40,695 nucleotides of DNA, taken from the IMG/VR virus record IMGVR_UViG_3300002301_000003, positions 1 through 40,695 of that record; one strand, 5' to 3'. The stretch comes from a virus. Taxonomy: Duplodnaviria > Caudoviricetes. The notes beneath the pieces were generated by a model. The model was not told the origin of the DNA. It saw nothing but the letters and a program-made list of their open reading frames with translations, and did no database searches. The position numbers and the translations under genes are program-made. Of the stretch, positions 1 to 7,298 are shown piece after piece (within the stretch, counting starts at the first letter, position 1; the number at the start of each line of letters is the position of its first letter).

Positions 1-71
1 GCCACCTAGCAGCACCGCTCCGATCCTGCGGAGCGCCAAGGCTCTGCGCGAAGCGGTGAGCGGTGGCCACG
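1..71. repeat. 71-bp terminal overlap, copy 1 (circular assembly signature)
   Basis: Bases 1-71 are identical to 40625-40695; a reading frame continues through the junction. Confidence 0.95.
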
Positions 72-2248
72 AGGCAGAGGTCTACGCCGACTTGCAACGG
101 CGTATCGTAGGCAAGCACAAATTGGACGCGGCGCGCGCGGCAGCCGACCTCGCCAAGCATCAGCGCGTCGTGGGTAACGCCTCGGAAGAAGAACAGCGCG
201 CACTGATCCATTCGGTGGAGACGCGCAGTCAGGGCGGTGCGATGGGGATGGCGGGGCCGATGCGCCAAGCTGCCGACGCAATCCGCAAGGTCGCCACCGA
301 CTACAGGAGCCGCATCGAGGCGGTGATGCAGAAAGCTGGCAGCGAAGAGAATGTGCCGAAGTTCGTGCAGGACTACTACGTCCACCTGTGGAAGAACTCG
401 CCGAAAGAGGTCGAAGCGGCGATGATCAGCAAGCAGGGGTCTGGACGCAACCTCAAGAAGCGCAGCATCCCGACCTACGCCGAGGGCCTCGAAGCCGGGC
501 TGGTCCCGGTCCACGAGAACCCTCTCGACGCCATGACCGCCTACGTGGACAACATGAGCAGGTTCCTCGCAGCGCACGAGCTGCGCGGCGCGATGCACAA
601 GAGCGGCTTGGCCAAGTGGGAGTTCGAGAAGGCCGCAGAACCGGGCCGCATCAAGTTGAACGGTGGCCACACGGTGATCGACGCCATGCTGGAGCCGGGC
701 AAGGAGGGTGTGAGCCCCGACGACCTGCCCGCTCCCAAGATGATCCCTCGCCGCATCCTCACCGCTTCGCCAGAGGTGGCCAAGCGCTACAACGCCTTCG
801 TCGATCCGGGCCTCGCCACCAACCTGCGCCGGCAGGGGAAGAACAAGCGCGCCTTCGCAGTCGATGCAGGCAAGAAGGCTGGCGGCATGGTCGGCAACCT
901 GGCGCTGACCGGCTCCGGGTTCCACCCGGCGCTTGTCGCAGGCAAGGCTGTCGGCAGCGAACTTGCAGTTGGTGTGAACCACCTGCTGCGCGGGAGGCCC
1001 GCCGAAGCTGCCAAGACGCTGTGGTACGCGCCGACGGCCCCGGTGCGCGCGGCCTACGCTGGCCGGCAGATGGGCAAGCGGCTGCTCGAAGGCGACCACG
1101 CCATGACCGAGATTGACAACCTGTGGCGTGACGCGGGAAACCGCTTCAACAACGGGTCGGTCTACCGTGCGTCGATCCGCCCCAACTTCCTGACCTCCGG
1201 CCTGCGCGGGACGCTGCGCGGGGACATCAAGAGCGCACTCAAGGCCACGACGAGGGGCACCGCCGGGATGCGCGCTGCTGCCGTGGCTGATCTCGTCCCT
1301 CGCGCCTTGGAGACATTCAGCGCCCCGGTGTTCGACCACTATGTGCCTGCGATCAAACGCGGTGTGTTCGAGCGTGAGATGGGCGCAGAGCTGGAGGCCA
1401 ACCCGAACTGGACGGCGGCGGAGAAGCGCGCGGCGGCTCGGCGCATCTCGGACAACATTGACGGGCGTATGGGCGAGCTGTCCACTGACAACATCTTCTG
1501 GTCGCAGACGCGCACCGACGCCTTGCGGCTGGCTTTCCTGTCCCCCTCGTGGGCCTACGGCGACGTGCGACTGGTTCTCGACGCCATGCGTGACGCGCCC
1601 AAGAGCGTCACCGGGCTGTTCCAAGGCAAGGGTCTTGGCCACGGCACCGCAGCAGCGGTAGGGATCGTCAGCTCGTACTTCCTAATGAACGGCATCGCCA
1701 ACTACCTCTACACAGGCGAGCGACCCGAGGGTGAAGACTGGATCGCCTTCCGCACTGGCGGGACAGAGGCCGACGGCACACCCGAGCGGTCAGCCGTCCC
1801 GTCGGTGATGAAAGACTTCTTCGGGGCTATGCGCGATCCGGTTGGTGAAGCCGAGAACAAGCTGCACCCGCTGGGCCGCGCCGTCAGCGAGGTCGCCACC
1901 AACAAGGACTGGCGCGGGCTTCCCGTATACCGGCCAAACAATGTCGAGGAGGATGACCTCGACCAGATCAAGAACGACATCCCCGACAACCTCAAAGGCT
2001 CTCGTGTGGCCGCTGCGCTGAAACATCTGGGCGGAACCGTCGTGCCTTATGGGTTGCAGCCCAACGCCAACGGCGAGAACAGCAACATCTCTTGGGCCTC
2101 GAAGGTCGGATTAGGCTTGAAGCCTGCTGGCAAGCAGTTCACAGACCCCGAGAGCTACGAGGATTCGGCGAAGAAGCGCAGCATCCAAGCCGTATCAATT
2201 GAAGCCAGCGCCGAGGCCAAGGCAAAGGCGAGACAGGAGAAGCCGTGA
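2..2248 (+). CDS. C-terminal part of large ejection/internal virion protein (continues from 38583 across the junction; ~1429 aa total)
   Basis: The frame of ORF 56..2248 is open back to base 2 and in frame with the ATG-38583 ORF once the 71-bp overlap is removed; last gene of the ejection cluster. Confidence 0.85.
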   Translation, partial: PPSSTAPILRSAKALREAVSGGHEAEVYADLQRRIVGKHKLDAARAAADLAKHQRVVGNASEEEQRALIHSVETRSQGGAMGMAGPMRQAADAIRKVATDYRSRIEAVMQKAGSEENVPKFVQDYYVHLWKNSPKEVEAAMISKQGSGRNLKKRSIPTYAEGLEAGLVPVHENPLDAMTAYVDNMSRFLAAHELRGAMHKSGLAKWEFEKAAEPGRIKLNGGHTVIDAMLEPGKEGVSPDDLPAPKMIPRRILTASPEVAKRYNAFVDPGLATNLRRQGKNKRAFAVDAGKKAGGMVGNLALTGSGFHPALVAGKAVGSELAVGVNHLLRGRPAEAAKTLWYAPTAPVRAAYAGRQMGKRLLEGDHAMTEIDNLWRDAGNRFNNGSVYRASIRPNFLTSGLRGTLRGDIKSALKATTRGTAGMRAAAVADLVPRALETFSAPVFDHYVPAIKRGVFEREMGAELEANPNWTAAEKRAAARRISDNIDGRMGELSTDNIFWSQTRTDALRLAFLSPSWAYGDVRLVLDAMRDAPKSVTGLFQGKGLGHGTAAAVGIVSSYFLMNGIANYLYTGERPEGEDWIAFRTGGTEADGTPERSAVPSVMKDFFGAMRDPVGEAENKLHPLGRAVSEVATNKDWRGLPVYRPNNVEEDDLDQIKNDIPDNLKGSRVAAALKHLGGTVVPYGLQPNANGENSNISWASKVGLGLKPAGKQFTDPESYEDSAKKRSIQAVSIEASAEAKAKARQEKP

Positions 2249-3576
2249 GACTGTTACTCGTGGATAATGCGGGCCTCATGCTCGACTTCGCCCTGCGCTG
2301 CCAAGAGGCAGGTCATACGGTCAAGTGGTTCGTGCGCCCCAACCGCATGACTATGAACATCGGCAAGGGGCTGCTGGTCGGTCAGAGCGCACAGGTTCCC
2401 GACTGGCGCGAGTGGGCACGCTGGGCTGACCTCATCGTACTTCCCGACAATGTTCGATACCTCTACGACCTCGAACCCTACCGCAAGATGGGAGTGCCGA
2501 TTGTCGCGGCGACACCTGAGACGGCTGCGTGGGAGACCGACAGGCAGCTTGGCCAGAACCTGATGAAGAAGCGCGGGCTGGCCGTTCCCGACTGCAAAGA
2601 GTTCAAGCGCTACGACGAGGCCATTGCGTATGTGAAGAAGGAGGGCAGGGCCTTCGTCTGCAAGCCCTGCGGCGACGAGGAAGACAAGAGCCTGTCTTAT
2701 GTCAGTAAGTCACCTGCGGACCTCGTGTTCATGCTGGAGCGGTGGAAGAAGCAGCAGCGCCACAAGGGCAGCTTCATCCTGCAAGAGCGTGTAACCGGCT
2801 GCGAGATGGCCGTCGGAGGCTGGTTTGGGCCGGGCGGGTTCCTGCCCGGCTGGCATGAGAACTGGGAGTTCAAGAAGCTGATGGCCGGAGAGACTGGCCC
2901 GGCGACCGGCGAGATGGGCACCGTCGTCCGCAACGTCGCCAAGTCGAAGCTCGCGGACAAGGTGCTGGCTCCCTTCGAGGAGGACTTGCACAAGGCCGAG
3001 TATGTCGGCTACGTCGATGTCAACTGCATCATTGACGACGACGGCACCCCGTGGCCGCTGGAGTTCACGATGCGACCCGGCTGGCCCACCTTCAACATCC
3101 AGATGGCGATGCTGGCAAAAGGGAAGGACCCCGCAGAATGGTTACTGGACCTAGCCGAAGGCCGCACCGCAAGTCCCTTCTCCTCGAACGCCTTGGCGGT
3201 GGGGGTAGTGATGGTGATGCCGGACTTCCCGTACAGCCAGAACACCCGGACCGACGCGATGGGGATACCGATCTACGGCCTCAACAGCCGCAACCGGGCG
3301 AACGTACACCCCTGCGAACTACAGCAGGGGAAAGCGCCTCACGATCTAGATGGGAAGGTGGTGGAACTGCCATGTCTGACGAGCGCGGGAGATTATCTGC
3401 TGGTGGCGAGCGGGCTCGGGACCTCCGTGCGCGAAGCCCGCGCCAGAGCGTACCGAGTTCTGGAAGGACTGGAGGTGCCAAACAGTCCATTCTGGAGGCC
3501 CGACATAGGGCAGAGGCTCAAGAAGCAACTGCCAACGATGCAGAAGTTGGGCTACGCGACGGGCTTGCAATTTTAG
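2245..3576 (+). CDS. PurD (GAR synthetase)-like ATP-grasp ligase
   Basis: Motifs FVCKPCG, FILQERVTGCE, GETGPATGEMG (PurD GPNTGGMG), LEFTMRPGWP (PurD EFNARFGDP), FWRPDIG; GTGA overlap with upstream gene. Confidence 0.85.
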   Translation: MRLLLVDNAGLMLDFALRCQEAGHTVKWFVRPNRMTMNIGKGLLVGQSAQVPDWREWARWADLIVLPDNVRYLYDLEPYRKMGVPIVAATPETAAWETDRQLGQNLMKKRGLAVPDCKEFKRYDEAIAYVKKEGRAFVCKPCGDEEDKSLSYVSKSPADLVFMLERWKKQQRHKGSFILQERVTGCEMAVGGWFGPGGFLPGWHENWEFKKLMAGETGPATGEMGTVVRNVAKSKLADKVLAPFEEDLHKAEYVGYVDVNCIIDDDGTPWPLEFTMRPGWPTFNIQMAMLAKGKDPAEWLLDLAEGRTASPFSSNALAVGVVMVMPDFPYSQNTRTDAMGIPIYGLNSRNRANVHPCELQQGKAPHDLDGKVVELPCLTSAGDYLLVASGLGTSVREARARAYRVLEGLEVPNSPFWRPDIGQRLKKQLPTMQKLGYATGLQF

Positions 3577-3839
3577 GGGCTGAGAAGCCCGAAGAGTTCG
3601 AGGCGCTCCTTGGCATGGCCTTGGCCCACGCCAAGGAGGTCATGGCCTTGCCGCTCGAACCCTGGGACAAGAACTTCCCGAAGGTGCTTTCCACCAAGAC
3701 TTCCGTCATGGCGTCAATCCTGACAGCGACGACGCGCGTCAATGACGGTGCGCTGCGGCGGAAGAACAGCGACAGGATTGGCCAGTTGCTCGACGAGATC
3801 AACCGGCGCGATCCTGTCGCTGAGGAGTTATTTGGTTAG
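3372..3839 (+). CDS. Hypothetical helical protein; start uncertain (ATG 3372 overlapping the ligase gene, or ATG 3615)
   Basis: C-terminal part of ORF 3051..3839 looks protein-like and fills the gap to the converging arm. Confidence 0.55.
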   Translation: MSDERGRLSAGGERARDLRARSPRQSVPSSGRTGGAKQSILEARHRAEAQEATANDAEVGLRDGLAILGAEKPEEFEALLGMALAHAKEVMALPLEPWDKNFPKVLSTKTSVMASILTATTRVNDGALRRKNSDRIGQLLDEINRRDPVAEELFG

Positions 3840-4241
3840 GCGGTCCTCTACCAGTTTGGCGTAGCCCTGAACGTCATGCCAGTTGTCGATGTAGTCAGGG
3901 TCGCCGTTGGCGATCCTCGCCAGTTTGTCACAGATGGTCCGCAGCGCTTGCCGCTGGAAAGGCTGCATCCGATCCCAGCTTGTCGCGAACCGCCCGGCGA
4001 GGCTGTCGCCCATCATGACGCCGAGCAATGCGTCTGTGATCTTTGCGTGCTCAGTGAAGTCCCCATATCGGGCGCCGCGCTCTGCCAGAGTTGCGTCAAC
4101 TCCCGCTGGTATTTCGGGGGCTGGCCCCTCTTGAGCCGAAAAGGTCAGGCACGCCGCGCCACATGCGCACTCCGGGCAGCACCCTATGCCGTCGAACCAG
4201 AACCAGCCCCGGTGGCTCTCGCATTCGATACTGTCTCGCAT
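3828..4241 (-). CDS. DUF6378-like phage protein
   Basis: TLAERGARYGDF...KLARIANGDPDYIDNWHDVQGYAKLV; strong RBS AAGGAGG. Confidence 0.75.
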   Translation of the reverse strand: MRDSIECESHRGWFWFDGIGCCPECACGAACLTFSAQEGPAPEIPAGVDATLAERGARYGDFTEHAKITDALLGVMMGDSLAGRFATSWDRMQPFQRQALRTICDKLARIANGDPDYIDNWHDVQGYAKLVEDRLTK

Positions 4242-4288
4242 TTCATTCCTCCTTCATTGGTCGGTCGTCGATCAGGCCGTCTCTGCCA
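4166..4288. repeat. 123-bp direct repeat, copy A
   Basis: Matches 4920-5042 with one mismatch (C4231 vs A4985). Confidence 0.95.
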
Positions 4289-4514
4289 GTGTGCCTTCGA
4301 GGCCAGTGGGGAAATCTTCCACCATAAATCGCACCATTTCAGCAGCCTGTATCGCGTCCAAAAGATTTGTACCCATAGGCTCACGATAATACTGATGCTC
4401 CGTTCCACCATTGACGACGCGGTTAAATGATATGCCGTTGTCGGGATTGAATTTAGATGGCAGCTTCCACGCAAGGAAGCGGTCAACCATATGCTTGATT
4501 TGTTCATCCTGCAT
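4272..4514 (-). CDS. Hypothetical protein (80 aa) in inserted segment
   Basis: MQDEQIKHMVDRFLAWKLP...; AGGAG RBS upstream; stop codon lies within repeat copy A. Confidence 0.7.
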   Translation of the reverse strand: MQDEQIKHMVDRFLAWKLPSKFNPDNGISFNRVVNGGTEHQYYREPMGTNLLDAIQAAEMVRFMVEDFPTGLEGTLAETA

Positions 4515-4857
4515 CGGGCGTCTCCTGTGTTATCCGGGCGAGGGCTGGCTCTGCAAAGTGCAAGAAATGCTCGGCATTAGTTGACCCCATGCAGCCACAT
4601 TCATAGCCGCTGCAGCACATTTGGTCGTATGCTTTGCCGCTTTTGATGAGGTCAATCGCCTCATCTAAAAAGGCTGTCGCCACCCGCAGCTCGGCGATGG
4701 TCTGGGCGTGGGCGATGATCGACAAGGTGAGATGTGTTGCATCTCCAGGACGTTCAGCCAATGCGCGTATCTCGGCATGGCTGGCCGCCGCCATTGGTAT
4801 CTTGGCGAGACTGCGCGCCTCGGCGATGTCCATGTCTGTTGGCTCAATCTGCGTCAT
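4504..4857 (-). CDS. Hypothetical protein with CCSGYECGCMG motif (in-frame extension to ATG 4995 possible)
   Basis: RBS AAGGAG before ATG 4857; frame open to 4995, where the duplicated RBS and start lie. Confidence 0.65.
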   Translation of the reverse strand: MTQIEPTDMDIAEARSLAKIPMAAASHAEIRALAERPGDATHLTLSIIAHAQTIAELRVATAFLDEAIDLIKSGKAYDQMCCSGYECGCMGSTNAEHFLHFAEPALARITQETPDAG

Positions 4858-4919
4858 GGTCTGGCTCCTTGGCTGGCATGAGCGAACCCGCTCGTTCTGG
4901 TTAATCCCCGCAGTGCCGC

Positions 4920-5042
4920 CGCACTCCGGGCAGCACCCTATGCCGTCGAACCAGAACCAGCCCCGGTGGCTCTCGCATTCGATAATGTCTCGCATTTCAT
5001 TCCTCCTTCATTGGTCGGTCGTCGATCAGGCCGTCTCTGCCA
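4920..5042. repeat. 123-bp direct repeat, copy B
   Basis: Matches 4166-4288; covers the primase 3' end, an RBS and about 25 codons of the next gene. Confidence 0.95.
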
Positions 5043-6865
5043 TGTGGCATTCGAATAGACCCGAGGGCCAGTGCGTGGTCGATGCACTTATCAAAGGCTC
5101 GCGTTGCGTTGCCCCTGTCCGTTATCCCTGACACGTCTCCAAAGGCTGCGCGCACTGCGGCGCGGGGGACAGGCTCGCGGGCGCCGAGGTTCACCTTCAA
5201 CCGCGCCGTCTCGATAGCCAAGGCCAAGCGGTCATACTTCGGCGGCTCCTTGGTGGGAGGGGTGTAAACCTCTGAACTCATCGACACCTCGCAGGTCGTC
5301 TTGGCCCTGCCCCGCTTGTCGTGCCCGACAGTGATTGAAGCCAGCGTGAAAGCCCCCCACGATCCGGTGCGACCCTCGCGTGACTTGGTGCATTCCATGA
5401 ACCTAACGGGGCTCTTCCCATCCCAGAATATCTCCATCACCGTGTCAAAGCCCGCCGGCAGCGCACCGCCGCCGCGCGCGCCAGTACCGTTCTTCGGCGG
5501 GTGGTGGTTGACGACCACGAGGCAGTCAAAGCGCAGCGACAAGCCCTCTAGGGCTTTAACCGCCGCGCCGCATTCGGAGTTGTTGTTCTCGTCTTGCAGC
5601 AGGCCGACAGCCGTCAATGTGTCGATCACGATCACCCCTAACGGCACGCCGTGGACCAGCTCCATTTGAGCTTTGGCGTCCTCGATGTCAGCGACCAGCG
5701 CCTTGACGTTCTCAGCGTCCCCCAGCGACCCCGAAGGCAGCACGCCGATAGGAAGGTTCTTGAGAGCCTTCATCCGCTTGCGCGCGCCGCTCAGCCCCTC
5801 GCCGGCCAAGATCAGTGTGCCACAGCGGTAGTCGGGCTCCACACCGAAGAACTTGTCGCCCGTCGCCATGCAGCGGCCCAGCTCATAAGAGATGAATGTC
5901 TTGCCTGAGTTGGTCGGCGCGACGAGCATCGCGGTGCCACGGCGCGGCAGCCGCTCGAACAACGCCCACTCTTCGTCCTCGTCGTCGTCATCACCAGCCC
6001 AGATGATCTTGCCGCGCGGAGGCTTCGGCTTGTACTCTGGCGAGGGAACGTCAACGCCTGCGAAGTGAGCCTCTGGCGTGTCAGAGCCTGGCGGGTTCTG
6101 GCCATTGGTGTAGGCCGACGTGACCTTCGCCTCCAGACGCTCCGGCTCCCAAGGAGGGTCACAGCGGTCGTTGTAGTGCTCCAGCATAAGGTCGAGGCAG
6201 ACGCCATCAGACACGCCGAGGTCTTTGGCGCGGCACGCGGTGAGGTACGCTTGGTCGTCACCGCGCTCACCCTGAACGGCGGGCTTGGCGAAGTACGCGA
6301 GGTACTCGATCACGCGCTGGATGTTGGCCTCGGTATTGAGTTCGGCGACCGGCTGACGCGGATCAGCGGCAGGGTCTCTGGGCTTGCCGCACCGCTCGAC
6401 CAGTGCCTGCGGCGCTGGCAGAACAGGCAGGTCTTTGACGACGCGGTACTCGCCGGTCGGCAGCTTTGACCCGGCAGCGATGACGTAGCCGACCCCACTG
6501 ACGCGCACGTCGAGGCCCTCACCTATTGCGCGCTGGCTCACGCGGCCCGCATGGGCGTAGAAGTGGTGCAGACCTCCGTTCGGGGTGGCCGTCGTGTATG
6601 TCTCCGGGTCGATGTCGAGGAGGTCAAACTCGAAAGCCCCAGGCTTTCCGTCCTTGTTATCCTCATCGACGATGATCATGCCGTCGGCCACGACGCCGAT
6701 GTTGGCGTCGGGGGTGTCTCTCCACCACGCAGCGATCTGCCCCTCGTCCTGCGTGGCCTCAGCCTTCCAGCGGCAACCCTTGGCGGGCAGCTTGGTTAGA
6801 GGCTGGCAGGGAAACACTCGAAGGCCCATGCGGGACGCGGCCAGTGCGTGGTCGAGCATCGTCAT
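4997..6865 (-). CDS. Bifunctional primase/polymerase (Prim-Pol) fused to AAA_25/RecA-like helicase
   Basis: VFPC, ANIGV, IVDED, TPNGGLHHFY; Walker A APTNSGKT, Walker B IVIDT, NHHPPK; ATG 6865 overlaps the upstream stop. Confidence 0.9.
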   Translation of the reverse strand: MTMLDHALAASRMGLRVFPCQPLTKLPAKGCRWKAEATQDEGQIAAWWRDTPDANIGVVADGMIIVDEDNKDGKPGAFEFDLLDIDPETYTTATPNGGLHHFYAHAGRVSQRAIGEGLDVRVSGVGYVIAAGSKLPTGEYRVVKDLPVLPAPQALVERCGKPRDPAADPRQPVAELNTEANIQRVIEYLAYFAKPAVQGERGDDQAYLTACRAKDLGVSDGVCLDLMLEHYNDRCDPPWEPERLEAKVTSAYTNGQNPPGSDTPEAHFAGVDVPSPEYKPKPPRGKIIWAGDDDDEDEEWALFERLPRRGTAMLVAPTNSGKTFISYELGRCMATGDKFFGVEPDYRCGTLILAGEGLSGARKRMKALKNLPIGVLPSGSLGDAENVKALVADIEDAKAQMELVHGVPLGVIVIDTLTAVGLLQDENNNSECGAAVKALEGLSLRFDCLVVVNHHPPKNGTGARGGGALPAGFDTVMEIFWDGKSPVRFMECTKSREGRTGSWGAFTLASITVGHDKRGRAKTTCEVSMSSEVYTPPTKEPPKYDRLALAIETARLKVNLGAREPVPRAAVRAAFGDVSGITDRGNATRAFDKCIDHALALGSIRMPHGRDGLIDDRPMKEE

Positions 6866-7095
6866 CCCCGGTACAGTCGGTACGTGTAGACTTCTGGGCC
6901 CGGCACCACCATGCAGTCGCTCTCGCGAAGGTTGAACTCCCGCACCAGTGGCCCCAAGTTCCCCATGCATGATCTATTGTTCCCGTCGTAAGGCTTTCCG
7001 CGCACTGCGGCGTAGAGGTCGAGGACGTGCACAGGACCGCCGTCCAAGGCGTCGTAGAGGCGCTGATGGGCGCGGGGTCGAGGCTTCTGGATCAC
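6862..7095 (-). CDS. Small hypothetical protein (possible winged helix)
   Basis: GTG 7095 overlaps the upstream stop; own stop overlaps the primase ATG. Confidence 0.6.
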   Translation of the reverse strand: MIQKPRPRAHQRLYDALDGGPVHVLDLYAAVRGKPYDGNNRSCMGNLGPLVREFNLRESDCMVVPGPEVYTYRLYRG

Positions 7096-7298
7096 GACCC
7101 GCCCCCTACGCCCTGCGCCTGCATCAGCGCCCATGTCTCGGACAGAGCCTCGCCTACCAACTCCGCCGCGCGCCGGAACACAAGCTGCCGTTCGGCAGAC
7201 AGTTCAAGGTCGGTGAGGCCCAACGTGGATTCCGCAAGGCTTCCGTCGCTGTGATGCGCGCGGACAATGACCTCGATCCACGGTTGCTTATTTAACAT
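7092..7298 (-). CDS. Small hypothetical protein (68 aa)
   Basis: Fills the gap between polymerase and next gene with overlapping ends. Confidence 0.6.
   Translation of the reverse strand: MLNKQPWIEVIVRAHHSDGSLAESTLGLTDLELSAERQLVFRRAAELVGEALSETWALMQAQGVGGGS

Noticed and set aside
1-71. Biological terminal repeat or att site
   Set aside because: It lies mid-gene, is exact and is k-mer sized; best explained as assembler overlap.
2245-3576. PurZ / Z-genome pathway
   Set aside because: PurZ is PurA-like, whereas this protein is PurD-like; no DatZ or MazZ-type genes were recognised.
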